DNA of 60,579 nt, the filler included, from Globobulimina sp. (Eukaryota), in the NCBI GenBank assembly GCA_003354225.1. It is 14 parts of 14 records of this genome, joined end to end, with 100 filler letters (N's around TTAATTAATTAA, not from the genome) between each part and the next. Parts side by side here need not be neighbours in the genome. Positions count along the whole stretch, not along the records: positions 47,690 to 51,920 come from PIVH01001439.1; positions 52,021 to 56,250 come from PIVH01001440.1; positions 56,351 to 60,579 come from PIVH01001441.1; 11 more parts are not named here. The stretch is one strand, 5' to 3'. Positions 48,104 to 56,989 of the stretch are shown one piece after another (the first letter of the stretch is position 1; the number at the start of each line of letters is the position of its first letter). The notes under the pieces are model-generated. The model searched no databases. It was not told the origin of the DNA and was given only the letters and a program-made list of their open reading frames with translations. A program made the position numbers and the translations under genes.

Positions 48104-48503
48104 TTCTGGGAACAGGCGGATTTCATCCTTATTATCGCTAGTATTTCCATTGTCATCTATAATACTTTTAAAATCAATGCAATGTGTTACACAAATACAA
48201 AATAAAAAAAAAGGTAATATATAAATTAAAACACAAACAATGTTTATTAACAGGAGAGAAAAAAGAGAGAAAATGTAATATTTTATAATAACAAATAACC
48301 GCATCACTTCAAAAAAATAGTCATATCTTATAATAATTGTGACGCAGACTTGGACATAAATGCTTTAATTTTCTTATTTACATTAACATTCCATATATAT
48401 TTTGTGTTTTTGCTCTCCATCTGTTGCTAAAAAAAAACGGAAAACGTGCACTTGTTTATGTTTCTAAAGTAATGTACAGATTTATGGAGACATATAAATG
48501 TAC

Positions 48504-48932
48504 TCAGTACTCAGCTAGTTTTAATCGGTGACACAGAATGTCACTGTGATAAGGTTGCAATTTCGGTCGCGGAGAAAACAATTTTTCAAAATATTTAGAA
48601 TCATCACATTTAGTGTCAACCCATTCGAATGGCTCCAAAGCAGCGAAATCGAGCCGTCGTAAATAGTCAGAACCCATTTGAATGGTGGCTTTTTCTTGCA
48701 ATTGGTTTTCAGATATCGATGGTCTTTGCATTACAGATATCGACAATGTAGATGATGATTTTGAATGCTTCAGTTCTTGGAGGGATACTTTCAATGATTT
48801 CCGCAGATTTAGAAATGATTTGGACAATGTTTTGATTTTGTATTGGAAATAGTCACAACATGATGACTCTATATTGTCTGACTCTGCTGTGTTTGGTGTC
48901 TGATTACCATCGACTAGGTGTTCGGTTGGCAT
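48504..48932 (-). CDS. Hypothetical protein
   Basis: 142-aa ATG-initiated ORF with protein-like composition; no family recognised. Confidence 0.45.
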   Translation of the reverse strand: MPTEHLVDGNQTPNTAESDNIESSCCDYFQYKIKTLSKSFLNLRKSLKVSLQELKHSKSSSTLSISVMQRPSISENQLQEKATIQMGSDYLRRLDFAALEPFEWVDTKCDDSKYFEKLFSPRPKLQPYHSDILCHRLKLAEY

Positions 48933-49135
48933 TTCACATTTACTGCCTCAAAATAAAAAACATTTAGTTAATAATCTTCTGCGTGTATCATTGTAATATT
49001 CGCGATAAATATGGTGATGGATACTGTGATGGAGCAATAGTAACTAATAAAAGCTGTTTGGAATTGATATGGAATTTTAAATACATTTTTTGCATATTTG
49101 TTTGAATGGCATCAATTAGTTATTTTGTTGATGCA

Positions 49136-49740
49136 TTAATTCGTTACACTTTCAGCATTATTCTCACATGAATCACCATCATCCCATGTTCTACACAAAC
49201 ATTCATTCCCTGTTGATACACACCATTATCATTAGATGTTCCACAATCTGTTGTAATCGAAACAGCATCACATCCATTTGGAAAGGTTTCACATTCCCCA
49301 ACAGCGCAATTTTCTTTCTTTTTTACAGTTAAAAAATATGTACAACTGCCTGAATATGTATGTACACTCTCAATATAACAACTTCCTGAATAATCTGGTG
49401 ATGTCGAAGTGAATGTTGATGTTGACATTATTTAAACATGTTGTCTCGTCACCAGCCCATGTTTTACATGAGACATTGGTCCCTTGTCGATATGTTTCAT
49501 CATTACCAGACATACAATCTGTTTCAATCGAAACACCGATACACCCCTTTGGAAATTCTAAACACTCTCCAACAACACACGTGTCTTGTTTTGTTCTATA
49601 CAAAACATATAAATAGTCGATCTGTACATGATGCGTTTGAACAAGTCATTGAGTGTACCTCATTAATATAACAAGGTCCTGAATAATTGGTTTGTCCATA
49701 TATTCTATGTAATAGCAATAAAAATCGTGCAAAATGTCAT
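49136..49740 (-). pseudogene. Secreted Cys-rich protein with two tandem ~70-aa repeats, broken by three frameshifts
   Basis: Repeat 1 is NYSGPCYINEVH..CVVGECLEFPKGC..TDC..YRQGTNVSCKTW and repeat 2 is DYSGSCYIESVH..CAVGECETFPNGC..TDC..YQQGMNV.CRTW. Frameshifts fall near 49620, 49432 and 49197. Confidence 0.65.
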
Positions 49741-49895
49741 GTCAAATGTATAATCTTTAATAGTGAGAAAAAAAAGGTTATTTGATGTAATATTGGAGTC
49801 AAATTATAAGTTGATCCTTGCACTGATTTTTCTTTAAACAAAATTAATGCTCCAAATAAATAACACAATGTTTACATTAAATAGCAAGACATTCA

Positions 49896-50381
49896 TTACA
49901 ATGAAACATCATCCTGCAATCTGAATATGTCACTTATTACATAATATTCCGATGTTTGAGTATTCTCATTGTTCCCATTTGGTTGATTCGTTGTATTGCT
50001 ATTATTATTTGTCACCATTGCTCCAATAATAAATGTTTGTGAAAAAGGTGTGGGTTTGGATCCTAAATATGATACTTTGCCATTCACAGTAATCAGAATC
50101 GAAGGCGTGGAGGACATTGACAATACGGGTATTGGCTGAGCATTTACTGAAAATAATGTATGATGTGATGGTGGCATTTGATTCCAAAATTGTTGTAACA
50201 CATTGTGATTAATAGGTTTTCCATTCCATTTTATTGTTGATGATGGACGATAAAAATTTGCCATTTGAGCCTGTTGATAATCAGCGATTTGGTAGTAAAT
50301 GCCAATAAATTTCATTGCGCCCAGGTCAGATAATGACACCAGTGTCTCCTTATTTTGTTTTTGTTGTTTATGATCAGCCAT
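49896..50381 (-). CDS. NXT1: NTF2-related export protein NXT1 (p15)
   Basis: FIGIYYQIAD..FY..IKWNG..MPPSHH..VNAQPI..ITVNGKV..FSQTF..VISDIFR. Confidence 0.85.
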   Translation of the reverse strand: MADHKQQKQNKETLVSLSDLGAMKFIGIYYQIADYQQAQMANFYRPSSTIKWNGKPINHNVLQQFWNQMPPSHHTLFSVNAQPIPVLSMSSTPSILITVNGKVSYLGSKPTPFSQTFIIGAMVTNNNSNTTNQPNGNNENTQTSEYYVISDIFRLQDDVSL

Positions 50382-50454
50382 TCAAGGTTTAAATTATTAT
50401 TAGTTTTGTTGCAAAAACTTAAGTAAGTCTGGTCATATAATAAACACACAGCTA

Positions 50455-51490
50455 ATGGCATTTGTTCAGTTAGGAGCAGATAATAAAGTGTTAAAAGAGA
50501 GTATTCAGTCAAAATTAGAAGCAGACAAAAAAGAGCCTTGCGATGCGAAATTATATGATTTTGATGATGTCTTTTATCGATTATTCGTGGACCCCGATGA
50601 TAGAAGTAAATTATTAATAGAATTAACTACGTCAAATTGGTCAGAAATAAGAAAATATGGCGCCGAGGATAGAATAAAAGATAAATTAGGTTCATGGTTA
50701 ACTAATTTTGGAGATGATGGCGCTTCGTTCACCGTGCCATTGGACGACGAAAAAACGTGCTCAAAATCTGGTATTTTTACCTATCTCTGCGGTGCTCGCA
50801 AAATCGCAATATATTTCCATAAATAATACCGTAAACAGTGGAGGTCGCAGAGGCTTTTAGCAAATTAAGAATCTATGCATTGGGTGGTCCATTATATCAA
50901 TATTGTAAAGCGTTGCAATCAGGAAAAGCATTAACAAAAAAACTACAGTTTCCATTACGCCGTGATACATATTGTTGGATTGTGCCCAAAGGTGATCGCG
51001 TTGTGGTTGTGTTTGCCTTGGAATTCCCCATTAAGACTGATCGAATTATTGGCAATCAAATATTGACAGTTTAGTTAATATATTGCGATTTTGCGAGTAT
51101 ATAATGTGTGAATGTTGATTAAATGCGAAGGAATTCCTTGAAGTGAGACGACAGAAAGATTTACAAAGCGCGCCCGTCATATCATATGCTCCCAAACCGC
51201 CGGCTGAGTTGAAAGGGTGTAAGATACCGTCATTTGATAAACAAGGATTTTTAGGATATTTTACCATATTATTATTGCCATCGCATGTCAAAGGAGCCAA
51301 ATTGGATAAAGCAGTTGAAAATGTTGTTGGATTTCGAGCATATTTGACGTATCATATTAAATGTGCTAAAGCGTTCTTTCATCAATCTATGAGGGCGAGA
51401 GTTAAAATAATGTTACAAGTATTGAACAGAGCAAGATATGAACCGGATGATAAACGTAAAAAAAAGAAAATTATCAAATCTGCTCGATAA
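50455..51490 (+). CDS. ARPC2: Arp2/3 complex subunit 2 (p34-Arc) (introns 50771-50838, 51069-51130)
   Basis: DFDDVFYRL, DRVVVVF, APVISYAPKPPAEL and FRAYLTYHIKCAKAFFHQSMRARV..LQVLNRA. Confidence 0.95.
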
Positions 51491-51773
51491 ATATAACTCG
51501 TATTTTCTTTTTTTGTATTATACCTTTTGTTTTTTCGTCTAATATCATTATTCTAATTAACCAGTTTTACGATTTTGTTTGAATTTGTAATGATAAAATA
51601 ATATCATATTAAATGTTACGTTGCAATAGTATTAAAATAGTAAAACGAATAAACGTTACTATTAAAAGCCGACTATGACTCTCACTATGGTCGATAATTA
51701 TTTATCCATCATATCATTATCTATTGTCTGCAAACAGAAAAAAAAAGTTTTATAATAATATTTAAAAATTGCC

Positions 51774-51920
51774 ACTTGACTTTTTAGGTCCAGACTTCTA
51801 AACACTTCTTTTGTGATTGACTAAGTTTTTTAAAGCTTTCTGCACCTACATTAGGCTACATTTAGGGACAGCGACCATGTAAAGAACTTTAAAAAACTTA
51901 GTTAACCACAAAAGAAGTGT
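51774..51920. mobile_element. MITE-like element with inverted repeats, cut by the contig end
   Basis: acacttcttttgtgattgactaagttttttaaag (51802-51835) matches the reverse complement of 51887-51920 with 2 mismatches. The same arm also occurs at 30812-30862. Confidence 0.75.
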
Positions 51921-52020
51921 NNNNNNNNNNNNNNNNNNNNNNNNNNNNNNNNNNNNNNNNNNNNTTAATTAATTAANNNNNNNNNNNNNNNNNNNNNNNN
52001 NNNNNNNNNNNNNNNNNNNN

Positions 52021-52896
52021 TATAGGAACAATACTGTATGCTTTGATCAGCAACAAAAGAAGAAACGCTCCAAGTTCAAATTATTCAAACGCAACACCAA
52101 AAAAAAAAAAGTAAAAGGCAACGCCAACAATAAATGCAATAAACCGTCGACAGATGGCCAAAGTAATAAAAATATAAATAAAGACAAGGATTTTATTCAA
52201 ACCACATTAGATCAACGACGTATTGTCTTTGTTAGCTTAATCGGTCTGTATTCGTCTTGGAAATCAGTGCCAGCCGTTCCTTTGTACAATTCATTGCTTT
52301 TAATCCCATTAAAAAAAGTATGGGTTTATGAGCCAATCAAATATCTAAAAGAATTAAAGCAATCCTTTCTTGATATTGTTGCAAAATTTGGTGATAAAAC
52401 TGATTTGAATGGAGCAAATATAGCAAAATTTTTTAAATTTATAAAATGGAAACATTCGCAAGGTTTAGTGATTTGGATTGTTGATCACTTTCAAAGTTCT
52501 GACCATCAATTCGCTTTTCCCAAACATTCCAACCTGATTTCACCTTTTTGGTATTATTTAAATGATAAATTGTGTTCTTTATATAATAGTATATCTGCTG
52601 CAAATTACGCACCACTCCGTTTTGAAGAGGAATGGTGGAAAAATAAAGCCAAATTTGTGAGCAAATATGGAACAAAATATGCTCAAATTTTTACTGAATA
52701 TCATTTTATTACAATGAATTACAATGCGATTTGTGAGATTATATATCAATCAAATCCAAAAGCATTGCGTCCTGTGATTGTGTATAGAAACAGATCAAAT
52801 ACAAAGTGTTTATTAAATACTATAAAAGCGATAACAAAAATTAGTGTGAACAATAAATTTGCAATGTCTCCGTTATCACCAATAAAAGAACATTAA
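52021..52896 (+). CDS. C-terminal part of an unknown protein, possibly a Penelope-like retroelement ORF end
   Basis: Frame open from the contig start. It ends RPVIVYRNRSNTKCLL, resembling the P-hh-Y-R/K-xxx-N-xxx-LL motif found after the RT thumb in PLEs. Confidence 0.4.
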   Translation, partial: YRNNTVCFDQQQKKKRSKFKLFKRNTKKKKVKGNANNKCNKPSTDGQSNKNINKDKDFIQTTLDQRRIVFVSLIGLYSSWKSVPAVPLYNSLLLIPLKKVWVYEPIKYLKELKQSFLDIVAKFGDKTDLNGANIAKFFKFIKWKHSQGLVIWIVDHFQSSDHQFAFPKHSNLISPFWYYLNDKLCSLYNSISAANYAPLRFEEEWWKNKAKFVSKYGTKYAQIFTEYHFITMNYNAICEIIYQSNPKALRPVIVYRNRSNTKCLLNTIKAITKISVNNKFAMSPLSPIKEH

Positions 52897-53210
52897 TTAA
52901 GTAATAAAATACGTTTTCTCTCCCTCCCCCTCCTTTGTTTTTGTGTAGCTTTGCTAATGATAATAAAACACGTGTTTGTACGTTGTGACTCTATTATTTA
53001 ATATTTATTTTTGTTTTTTATATATAATACGTGTTTTGTGCATTGTTTTGTCGTATTTTTGTGTGTTTTTGTGTGTTTTTGTATGTTGTAGTAATGTGCT
53101 GTGTAGCAATAGCTAGCATGTTTTGCGGTGTGTATTAGGTTTGTTGAGTGTTACGTTATTCTTGCACGCACATAATATTATATTGATAATAATTAGTTAA
53201 TACATTAATT

Positions 53211-53271
53211 AATGCGACTGAGGATAGTCTGTGTGGACGAAAATTTTAATTTTGAGTATTTTTATTGTATT
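53211..53271 (+). ncRNA. Degenerate type I hammerhead ribozyme motif
   Basis: AAUGCGA-CUGAGGA-ua-GUCU(GUGU)GGAC-GAAA...UA-UUGUAUU. Both core boxes, stem II and stem I are present; there is a 2-nt insertion and stem III is weak. Confidence 0.55.
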
Positions 53272-53484
53272 GTTTATATAATATTATGTTATAATTTATA
53301 ATCTATCCTTTAAATGAAATGCATATGTTTTGTCGTGCTATGCATCCGAGAGCAGTTTCTGTATCCAGATAAACATAGATGTACCGCTGCTGAAGGAGAA
53401 TTTTGATACTCCGCACATTAGAATTTATCGGATGTATAGCGAAGTTTATTAAAAGTGTTCCCGAAAACATGTACTTGCTTTGTA

Positions 53485-55128
53485 TCAGTCAATGATCCTC
53501 ATTTTAACATAACTATGCGTTAGGTTTTGATTTTGGGGGCAAAATGCGTTATAAATAGCAAATCCCATTTCCTTCAATTCATTTGGTATTTGGATCCGAT
53601 CCGCTTTTCCATTATATTTCTCACAATATCCATCATCATCAATTATCAAAAAATCAATAACTTTCATCAATCGATCCGGCTCTACATTAAAATCATTTTC
53701 TTGCCACGCATATTCATTCTTATATTTATCAGAATATCGATACACAATACTTGTATTTAATAATTTTAATCCAACATAATTATAGGTAGATTTCCAAAAT
53801 AATATGCCAGATAATGTTGGTTTGTCCAACGACGAGGTCCATTCGGGTGAGTTGGTGGGCAATAATTCAATTACATAATTTCCACAATTATTTTCCATCC
53901 AAATTGCATCCGTTAATGTTGCGCCATGGATTCCTATTAACATCGTAACACTTCGATGCATAACAATTATATCTTTTGCATGATAAAAATCCTCCAAATT
54001 TATCTCAATACACAGTATTTTAAACTGATTATATCTCAAATTGCATTCCCTTAAATTCTTGGATATATTTATCCATTTCCGACGTTTTGTCCTTTGATAG
54101 AAAGCAATAAATCTCCATTCCGACGCATTTTGTCTACGGAGAGCCCCAAATTTATCAGACACTCTTTTTTGTGCTAATTTTGAATTTTTATATTGAGACA
54201 CAGATTGAGTCATATTTACATAATACGTATTTATAAACAACTGATATTCATTGATCATATCATTAAAATGCTTCAAGCGATGCCCCAGAATTCGGCTACG
54301 ATGAACATTCTGCGGCGACAAATAATAACTGGCGTCACTCTCAAATGTAGCATATCTGCTAAAGCCGCAGAAAAATACTCGCTGGAAACATTTACATCGA
54401 TAATGTTCAAATAAATCAACAAAAAGTTGCACTTGAAATTTGGTATATTGTTCCAGCAACAATTTGTGTGATAAAAATATCTCTGCGAATTCCGGTAAAA
54501 CGATATAAAATTTGTAATTTCTGTCTGTTTTATCCATCCATTGCTCAGAATTAAATATGTAATGCAACATTGTTAAAACTCGCAGGTAAAATTCGCCCAT
54601 CATTCCATTGTAATTTGAGGATAAAATAATGTGATTTGGAGTGAGTGGATCGTGGATACAATGCGACGATTCATATTCATTTATTTCTTTATTCCAAACA
54701 CGTGAATTAAATATTTCTTTGTAAATTGCAAACGATTTGAATGAAGATTGAATGCTTTGACCAAACAAGTCCGTGGATGTGCTTTTTGGATCCAATTCAA
54801 ATCGGTTTGCTTGCTCAAATACATAAAAATGTTGTTTATGCACGCAAATGTTTTCAAAATATGGACAATGGTTGGGATGCAATCTGGATTTGTGCCAATT
54901 GCTTCGATCAAAACCATACTTTTGTAGGTCACTTAGTTGTTGTTTTTTTGTTGATTGTTGAGCAGATTGGATGATAATTTGCGAAGTCTGTATTGGAGCC
55001 ACATCATCGAAATCAAATGTAATCAGAAAGTCAATATCAAATAACAAGTAGATGACAAATAATATCAAGACCAGTATTGTGAGGGTCAATCGTCTTTGAC
55101 TGACTAAGCTCAAATCATGTTTTGCCAT
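53485..55128 (-). CDS. Glycosyltransferase family 61 (EOGT/POMGNT2-like), type II membrane
   Basis: N-terminal TM, FENIC, FYQRTKRRKWIN and LIGIHGATLTDAIWM..YVIELLP. Confidence 0.85.
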   Translation of the reverse strand: MAKHDLSLVSQRRLTLTILVLILFVIYLLFDIDFLITFDFDDVAPIQTSQIIIQSAQQSTKKQQLSDLQKYGFDRSNWHKSRLHPNHCPYFENICVHKQHFYVFEQANRFELDPKSTSTDLFGQSIQSSFKSFAIYKEIFNSRVWNKEINEYESSHCIHDPLTPNHIILSSNYNGMMGEFYLRVLTMLHYIFNSEQWMDKTDRNYKFYIVLPEFAEIFLSHKLLLEQYTKFQVQLFVDLFEHYRCKCFQRVFFCGFSRYATFESDASYYLSPQNVHRSRILGHRLKHFNDMINEYQLFINTYYVNMTQSVSQYKNSKLAQKRVSDKFGALRRQNASEWRFIAFYQRTKRRKWINISKNLRECNLRYNQFKILCIEINLEDFYHAKDIIVMHRSVTMLIGIHGATLTDAIWMENNCGNYVIELLPTNSPEWTSSLDKPTLSGILFWKSTYNYVGLKLLNTSIVYRYSDKYKNEYAWQENDFNVEPDRLMKVIDFLIIDDDGYCEKYNGKADRIQIPNELKEMGFAIYNAFCPQNQNLTHSYVKMRIID

Positions 55129-55320
55129 GTTTTTTAAGTTTTTTTTTGTTAAAAAAAAAACACTCAGCTCAACAACTACAATTATTAACAAATGTCAAAA
55201 TGCGAGGATCGATAACAGCAACACATTTAATTTAATTTAATTTAAAAACTGATCTGATAAATAAGTAAAATTAAAAAAATAAATAAGTAAAAAAAGTAAG
55301 AAAAAAAAAGGTGTAATGAC

Positions 55321-56196
55321 TTATTGTTTATTATTATTATTACAACAAACACAAATAAGTGAAACAATACAAGCAAACACACAAATTATGGATATAACAT
55401 TGATTGCAATTGTATTAAATGAAAAGGATAAATTTAAATGAATTGTTTTACCGTTTCCTTTGTCATTATATATAGCATCATCTTGTTGATTTTTATTATT
55501 TTGCGCATACATCATTTGATCACTTGATTTCGATGCGGATTCACTTGATTTCGATGCGGATTCACTCGATTCACTCGATATATATTCTGGCGTGGCACAA
55601 ATTAACATTTCATCATAACCACAAGCAACCCAATCTGTCTCTGTTATGTTAGTGTGATTATCAACTAATTCAAGGCGAATCTGAAGTGTATTAATATTTG
55701 CAGCATCAACGCCAAGTTCTTCATTTACTTCATTTCTCACTGCCGTACGTATGGCATCTTCGAAAATCTTTGCCGAATCAATTAAGGTGAAATCAGTTCC
55801 ACCATTTACAGTGTATGATGTTTGGCACATTCCTGTTGCTCGATTCCTTTGATACGGGAAAACATCAAAAACGATATTAATATTTGTATAGCCAATGGTA
55901 GAAATTGGTGGTGATAAAAAACTTGGATTTGCAATATAAGCTCCATAATATTGCTCAAACCAATAACAACGACCTTCTGTGCAATAATCATCATGAGAAT
56001 AAACATAATGCCCGGTAGAATTTGAGCCATCGTTATCCCACGTCCAGTCAGTGAAATTTTCAGCATTTTCATAAAATAATTCGACGTCTCCTGGAGCACA
56101 AAATCTGCTACGATTTGTATCATTAAGTTGCTGCGAACATGCTAAGCCAATAAGAAGTACAAATAATTTGATGGTTTGGTTTGCACTGAAACACAT
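55321..56196 (-). CDS. Secreted/surface protein with C-terminal TM
   Basis: Signal peptide, beta-rich ectodomain, SESASKS x2 (21-nt tandem near 55520-55565) and a hydrophobic Cys-rich tail. Confidence 0.7.
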   Translation of the reverse strand: MCFSANQTIKLFVLLIGLACSQQLNDTNRSRFCAPGDVELFYENAENFTDWTWDNDGSNSTGHYVYSHDDYCTEGRCYWFEQYYGAYIANPSFLSPPISTIGYTNINIVFDVFPYQRNRATGMCQTSYTVNGGTDFTLIDSAKIFEDAIRTAVRNEVNEELGVDAANINTLQIRLELVDNHTNITETDWVACGYDEMLICATPEYISSESSESASKSSESASKSSDQMMYAQNNKNQQDDAIYNDKGNGKTIHLNLSFSFNTIAINVISIICVFACIVSLICVCCNNNNKQ

Positions 56197-56350
56197 TATG
56201 CGACACAGTTCAGTCTAAAATAGCGTACGTCAATTGCAGGTTGGATATATNNNNNNNNNNNNNNNNNNNNNNNNNNNNNNNNNNNNNNNNNNNNTTAATT
56301 AATTAANNNNNNNNNNNNNNNNNNNNNNNNNNNNNNNNNNNNNNNNNNNN

Positions 56351-56768
56351 CCACCAAACCCATAATTTGTATCAGGTCTTGGTGCGCCTAAAACAAATTC
56401 ACCATCGGGACCAGTCACATTATGTGCTTTTTTCCTTTGTCTTTCGTCGATTTCCACTTCAAACTCAACCTCTTCTCCTTCAGCTAATGAGCGAAATCCT
56501 TGCGAATGGACTGCGGTTTGATGCACAAATATTTCATCATTGTTATCATCATCTACTATGAAACCAAACCCTTTCTCTGAATTAAACCATTTTACTGTTC
56601 CTTTTCTTTTGTCTCCGCCAAACTTATTATGTTAAGTGATTCGTTATAAATTTATTATAAAGATGTAACAATACATACTGTTGAAAACATTCTATTGTTT
56701 TGATGCTGGAATTGACGGATGATACATGTTGCTGGTTTGCCCAAACGCTTTAATATCAGAGATTGCAT
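56351..56768 (-). CDS. Cold-shock-domain protein with mitochondrial-type presequence (intron 56623-56678); 3' truncated
   Basis: Spliced product [78 protein letters not shown]. Confidence 0.9.
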
Positions 56769-56989
56769 TGCTATAAATTCGGAATTCAGGAAAGGATGAA
56801 AATACAAAAACGTTTTAGAGTGGAAATTAACAGAAATTTTTCATGAAAATATAAAAACATTTTAGAAATAATTGTGCGACGGACAAATATCATATACATC
56901 AACAGTTTTATTACAATTATCTCACAATTATTTCTGAAACGTTTTTAATATTTCAGTGAAGTTTCAAGGCTGAGAAAAAAACTTTTATC

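Noticed and set aside
2059-49740. Genome-wide Euplotes-type +1 frameshifting as the general explanation for frame breaks
   Set aside because: Only two of about eight breaks sit at a stop, half are -1, and conserved genes have none. It is kept only as a site-specific hypothesis.
4241-56350. Regularly spaced TTAATTAATTAA palindromes as a repeat array, CRISPR or nanochromosome boundaries
   Set aside because: They sit inside N runs and are an artificial six-frame-stop linker. The regular spacing comes from length-sorted contigs, and genes are cut at the edges with no telomeric repeats.
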